The notes under the pieces: generated by a model
The model's input: the letters and a program-made list of their open reading frames with translations, nothing else
The model's database searches: none
What the model was told of the DNA's origin: nothing
Shown: positions 60,211-64,000 of the stretch, piece by piece
How positions within the stretch are numbered: the stretch's first letter is position 1
Layout of the letters: the number at the start of each line of letters is the position of its first letter
Translations under genes and position numbers: made by a program
Origin: an uncultured bacterium
Lineage (GTDB): Bacteria > Patescibacteriota > Minisyncoccia > CAIUEV01
Length of the DNA stretch: 64,000 bases
Assembly: GCA_937952315.1 (NCBI GenBank)
Contig: CALFZX010000010.1
Span: 5,047-69,046 of the forward strand
Reading direction: 5' to 3'

Positions 60211-63200
60211 ATGTCTAAAGAAAAAAGTTCCAACTCAAACAAGAGCAAATCAGCTCTCAACCTGAAAGGTAAGTTCTCCGCTAAATCCAGTTTGGCGAAG
60301 AGAAAATTCTTCTACGATCTGGGCAAAATGGTCTCTCTGCCTAACCTAATAGAAGCTCAGAAAAAATCATACGATTGGTTTTTCGAGAAAGGGCTTAAAG
60401 AACTATTAGAAGAAGTATCCCCGATTGAAGATTACACTAAAAAGAATTTTTCCGTTTCTTTTCTTGATTTTCGTCAAGAAGAACCAAAAATTGACGAGCA
60501 AACGGCTAAATACAAGAACGCTTCCTATGAAATACCCTTGAAGGTTCAGGCCAGACTTTTGATTAAGGAAACGGGTGAAATTCGTGAACAGGAAATTTAT
60601 TTCTCTGACATTCCGGCGATGACTCCGCGAGGTACTTTTGTTATTAACGGAGTGGAGCGAGTGGTGGTGAACCAATTGATGCGTTCTCCGGGCGTTTTTT
60701 TCACAATGAATCATCTAAAAGGCCGAAAACTGTTCGGTGCTAAAATTATTCCGGGTCGTGGGGCTTGGCTGGAAATAGAAACTGATATTAATAATGTTAT
60801 CAATGTTAAAATCGATCGTAAGCGAAAAGTACCGGTAACTTCACTACTGAGAGCTTTTGGTTATGGATCGGACAAGCAAATAACCGATCTTTTCAAAGAT
60901 GTTGACACCGATAAGGATAATCAATTTATCGTGGAAACGATTAAAAAAGATATCGCTAAAACTCAAGGAGAAGGATATCGGGAAGTTTATAAGAGAATCA
61001 GACCGGGCGATCTGGCAACGGAAGAAAACGCCAAACAGTTGGTGGATAATATGTTTTTCTCCATTGACCGTTACGATTCCTCCGAAGTGGGCCGTCATCG
61101 TTTAGATATGCGACTCGGTCTCTCAACACCAAAGGATAAAGAACATAGAATTTTCCAAATCAACGATTTGGTTGCCATTATCAAAGAGATTATTCGTTTG
61201 AATAATGATCCCCAAGCTAAACCGGATGACATTGACCATTTGGGCAATCGACGAGTGCGTGGGGTTGGCGAGCTGTTGCAAATGAAAATGCGCGTGGCTT
61301 TTTCCCGTCTAGAACGCAATATTAAGGATAGAATGAGTACTTGTGATCCGAAAGTGGTCACACCCGCTCAATTAATCAATACTCGACCGATTACAACCTC
61401 AATCAAGGAATTTTTTTCCAGCTCACCGCTTTCTCAATATATGGATCATGTTAATCCGCTGGCTGAGTTGGAGCACAAAAGAAGGCTATCGGCGATGGGG
61501 CCGGGTGGTTTAAGCCGAGAAAGAGCGGGTATGGAAGTTCGCGATGTCCACCCAAGTCATTACGGAAGAATCTGTCCGATTCAGACACCGGAAGGAGCTA
61601 ATATCGGTTTGGTCTCTCATCTCTCTTGTTATGCTCGCGTCAACGATTTCGGTTTTATCGAAACTCCCTACCGAAAAGTAATAAGAGAAAAGGGGAAATC
61701 AAAAATTTCCGGAGAAGTGGTCTTTATGGATGCTTTAGAGGAGGAAAAATACAAAATCGCTCAGGCGAATGTTAAAATCGACAAGGACGGCTTTTTCTTG
61801 GACGCGACAGTTCAAGGCCGAGTGAACGGTGAGCCGAGCATGATTAAAGTTTCGGAAGTTGATTATATTGATGTTTCTCCCAAACAGGCGGTTAGTATCG
61901 CCGCTTCACTGATTCCCTTTTTGGAGCACGACGACGCCAACCGTTCTTTGATGGGATCGAACATGCAACGACAGGCTGTTTCTTGCATCAAACCGGAGTC
62001 TCCGATCGTCGGCACGGGCGTAGAAGACAAAGCGGCAGCCGATTCCGGACAGTTGGTTTTCGCTTCCGAAGCCGGTAAAGTGGTGGAGGTTGACTCCGAT
62101 CATATTGTGATAGAAGAATCGGTAACCGAGGGAAAGGAAACATTTAAAAGACGAAAGGAGTATCTTTTACACTCATTTTTGAAGTCAAATGCCTTTACCG
62201 CTATCAACCAGACGCCTTTGGTTAAAAAAGGAGATTGGGTTGAAAAGGGCCAAATTTTAGCCGATGGCGCCTCGACGGACAACGGAGAATTGGCTCTGGG
62301 CCAGAATTTAACGGTAGCTTTTATGTCTTGGAGGGGCTATAACTTTGAAGACGCTATTATTCTTTCTCAACGATTGGTTAAGGACGACCGTTTTAGTTCA
62401 ATTCACATCGAGGACTATAGTCTGGATGTTCGAGACACCAAACTCGGCCCCGAATTAGTGACTCGAGATATTCCGAATATTGGAGAAGATCGCCTCAGAA
62501 ATCTTAACGAAGACGGTATCGTCCAAGTTGGAGCGGAGGTTAAATCGGGTGATATCCTGGTCGGTAAAATTACTCCGCGAGGTGAAGGCGAATTGACGGC
62601 GGAAGAGAGATTGCTTCGCGCAATTTTTGGTGAGAAATCAAGAGAAGTGAAGGACAGTTCTCTTTATTTGCCACACGGCGAAAGAGGAAAAGTGATTGAA
62701 ATTAAGATTTTCTCTCGCGACAAAGGTGATAAATTACCTAGCGGAGTCATCAAGCAAGTTCAAGTGCGAGTAGCTCAATTTAGAAAAATATCCGTTGGGG
62801 ACAAATTGGCCGGGAGACATGGAAATAAAGGTGTTATTTCCCGTATTTTACCGGAAGAAGATATGCCATTCTTGCCCGACGGCACTCCGGTTGATATTAT
62901 TTTAAACACCTTAGGAGTCGCCTCTCGTATGAACATCGGGCAATTGTTGGAAACCCATTTAGGCTGGGCGGCACAAAAACTTGGTTATAAAGCGGCTAGC
63001 CCCGTTTTAGCGGGCGTCCGCGAAGATCAAATTCGTGAAGAGCTGAAGAAGGCCGGCTTACCGGAAAACAGTAAAATGAGACTCAGAGATGGTCTGAACA
63101 GCGAAAATTTTGATAACGAAACCGCTTTGGGCGTTATTTACATTATGAAATTGCACCACCTGGTTGAAGACAAGATTCATATGCGATCGGTTGGTCCGTA

Positions 63201-63507
63201 TTCCTTGATTACGCAACAGCCATTGGGCGGAAAGGCTCAATTTGGAGGACAGAGATTCGGAGAAATGGAAGTCTGGGCTTTACAAGGCTACGGAGCGGCG
63301 CATTCTTTGCAAGAAATTTTGACTATAAAATCAGATGATGTTATCGGTCGATCCCGAGCTTACGAATCCATTATTAAGGGTGAAGAAATTCGCAGTCCGA
63401 ATATTCCCGCAGCTTTAAATGTGTTGGTTCGTGAGTTAAAAGCGCTCTGTTTGAATGTGAAATTGGAACAATCGGCGGAAGAAGGAACGCGAGAAAAGAG
63501 AAAATAA
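60211..63507 (+). CDS. rpoB: RNA polymerase beta subunit
   Basis: GTFVINGVERVVV, DDIDHLGNRR, GDKLAGRHGNKG and GGQRFGEMEVWAL. Confidence 0.99.
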   Translation: MSKEKSSNSNKSKSALNLKGKFSAKSSLAKRKFFYDLGKMVSLPNLIEAQKKSYDWFFEKGLKELLEEVSPIEDYTKKNFSVSFLDFRQEEPKIDEQTAKYKNASYEIPLKVQARLLIKETGEIREQEIYFSDIPAMTPRGTFVINGVERVVVNQLMRSPGVFFTMNHLKGRKLFGAKIIPGRGAWLEIETDINNVINVKIDRKRKVPVTSLLRAFGYGSDKQITDLFKDVDTDKDNQFIVETIKKDIAKTQGEGYREVYKRIRPGDLATEENAKQLVDNMFFSIDRYDSSEVGRHRLDMRLGLSTPKDKEHRIFQINDLVAIIKEIIRLNNDPQAKPDDIDHLGNRRVRGVGELLQMKMRVAFSRLERNIKDRMSTCDPKVVTPAQLINTRPITTSIKEFFSSSPLSQYMDHVNPLAELEHKRRLSAMGPGGLSRERAGMEVRDVHPSHYGRICPIQTPEGANIGLVSHLSCYARVNDFGFIETPYRKVIREKGKSKISGEVVFMDALEEEKYKIAQANVKIDKDGFFLDATVQGRVNGEPSMIKVSEVDYIDVSPKQAVSIAASLIPFLEHDDANRSLMGSNMQRQAVSCIKPESPIVGTGVEDKAAADSGQLVFASEAGKVVEVDSDHIVIEESVTEGKETFKRRKEYLLHSFLKSNAFTAINQTPLVKKGDWVEKGQILADGASTDNGELALGQNLTVAFMSWRGYNFEDAIILSQRLVKDDRFSSIHIEDYSLDVRDTKLGPELVTRDIPNIGEDRLRNLNEDGIVQVGAEVKSGDILVGKITPRGEGELTAEERLLRAIFGEKSREVKDSSLYLPHGERGKVIEIKIFSRDKGDKLPSGVIKQVQVRVAQFRKISVGDKLAGRHGNKGVISRILPEEDMPFLPDGTPVDIILNTLGVASRMNIGQLLETHLGWAAQKLGYKAASPVLAGVREDQIREELKKAGLPENSKMRLRDGLNSENFDNETALGVIYIMKLHHLVEDKIHMRSVGPYSLITQQPLGGKAQFGGQRFGEMEVWALQGYGAAHSLQEILTIKSDDVIGRSRAYESIIKGEEIRSPNIPAALNVLVRELKALCLNVKLEQSAEEGTREKRK

Positions 63508-63543
63508 AATTACCATTCTTTAATTTTTTTCAATTTCAAAACT

Positions 63544-64000
63544 ATGACATCGGAAAATGTAAACAATTTTGAGGCCATTCGATTGAGGCTGGCTAGTCCG
63601 GAGGAGATTCTGGAGTGGTCCAACGGTGAAGTAACCAAACCGGAAACTATCAACTACCGAACGCAGAGATACGAAATGGACGGACTTTTCTGCGAAAGAA
63701 TTTTTGGTCCCAGTAAAGACTGGGAGTGCTATTGTGGAAAATACCGTCGAATTCGTTATAAGGGAATCGTCTGCGACAAATGTGGCGTCGAGGTGACTCG
63801 CTCTTCCGTCAGAAGAGAGCGAATGGGGCACATTCGATTATCCGCTCCGGTAGCACATATTTGGTTCACTCGCGGTAGCTCCAGTCGGATTGGAATTATT
63901 TTAGATTTAACCGTGAAACAAGTAGAAAAGATTGTTTATTTTTCCGGATATATTATTACGCAAGTCGATGAAGACAAAAAGGAAGAATTTAGAAAGATTT
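63544..64000 (+). CDS. rpoC: RNA polymerase beta' subunit (5' part, runs off the window)
   Basis: Hand translation: [25 protein letters not shown]...[10 protein letters not shown]...CYCGKY...CDKCGVEVT...RRERMGHI. Confidence 0.98.
   Translation, partial: MTSENVNNFEAIRLRLASPEEILEWSNGEVTKPETINYRTQRYEMDGLFCERIFGPSKDWECYCGKYRRIRYKGIVCDKCGVEVTRSSVRRERMGHIRLSAPVAHIWFTRGSSSRIGIILDLTVKQVEKIVYFSGYIITQVDEDKKEEFRKI

Noticed and set aside
63520-63831. 103-aa minus-strand ORF
   Set aside because: It is antisense to rpoC, which the ORF track missed because it runs off the window.

Overview
This window looks like the chromosome of a Patescibacteria (CPR, Parcubacteria-like) bacterium. It uses genetic code 11, is gene-dense, and most housekeeping genes have AT-rich leaders with no Shine-Dalgarno (SD) site. 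Core genes are ftsZ, murG, rodA, rplU, nusA, HU, yebC, ileS, lysS, metG, an archaeal-type tyrS, rpoB, the start of rpoC, tRNA-Leu(TAA) and tRNA-Gly(CCC). It also carries a divergent atpD-atpC pair, porD-porA, RND and MacAB-type transporters, an operon led by a VirD4-like ATPase and a lytic transglycosylase, a tandem double-PilB ATPase followed by a second PilB, and an ECF sigma module with two matching promoters. The best candidate for an uncharacterised system is a ~9 kb defence island: a PLD-nuclease/SNF2-helicase fusion, an AlbA_2(Schlafen)-HATPase-wHTH protein and an Eco57I-like N6-methyltransferase. It is flanked on the left by a nested 20-bp palindromic element and on the right by two gene remnants. 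A second pattern is four dispersed stand-alone genes that share one layout: sigma70 promoter, boxA-like motif, strong AGGAG SD and intrinsic terminator. All calls come from motif reading by eye; no database search or computation was run.
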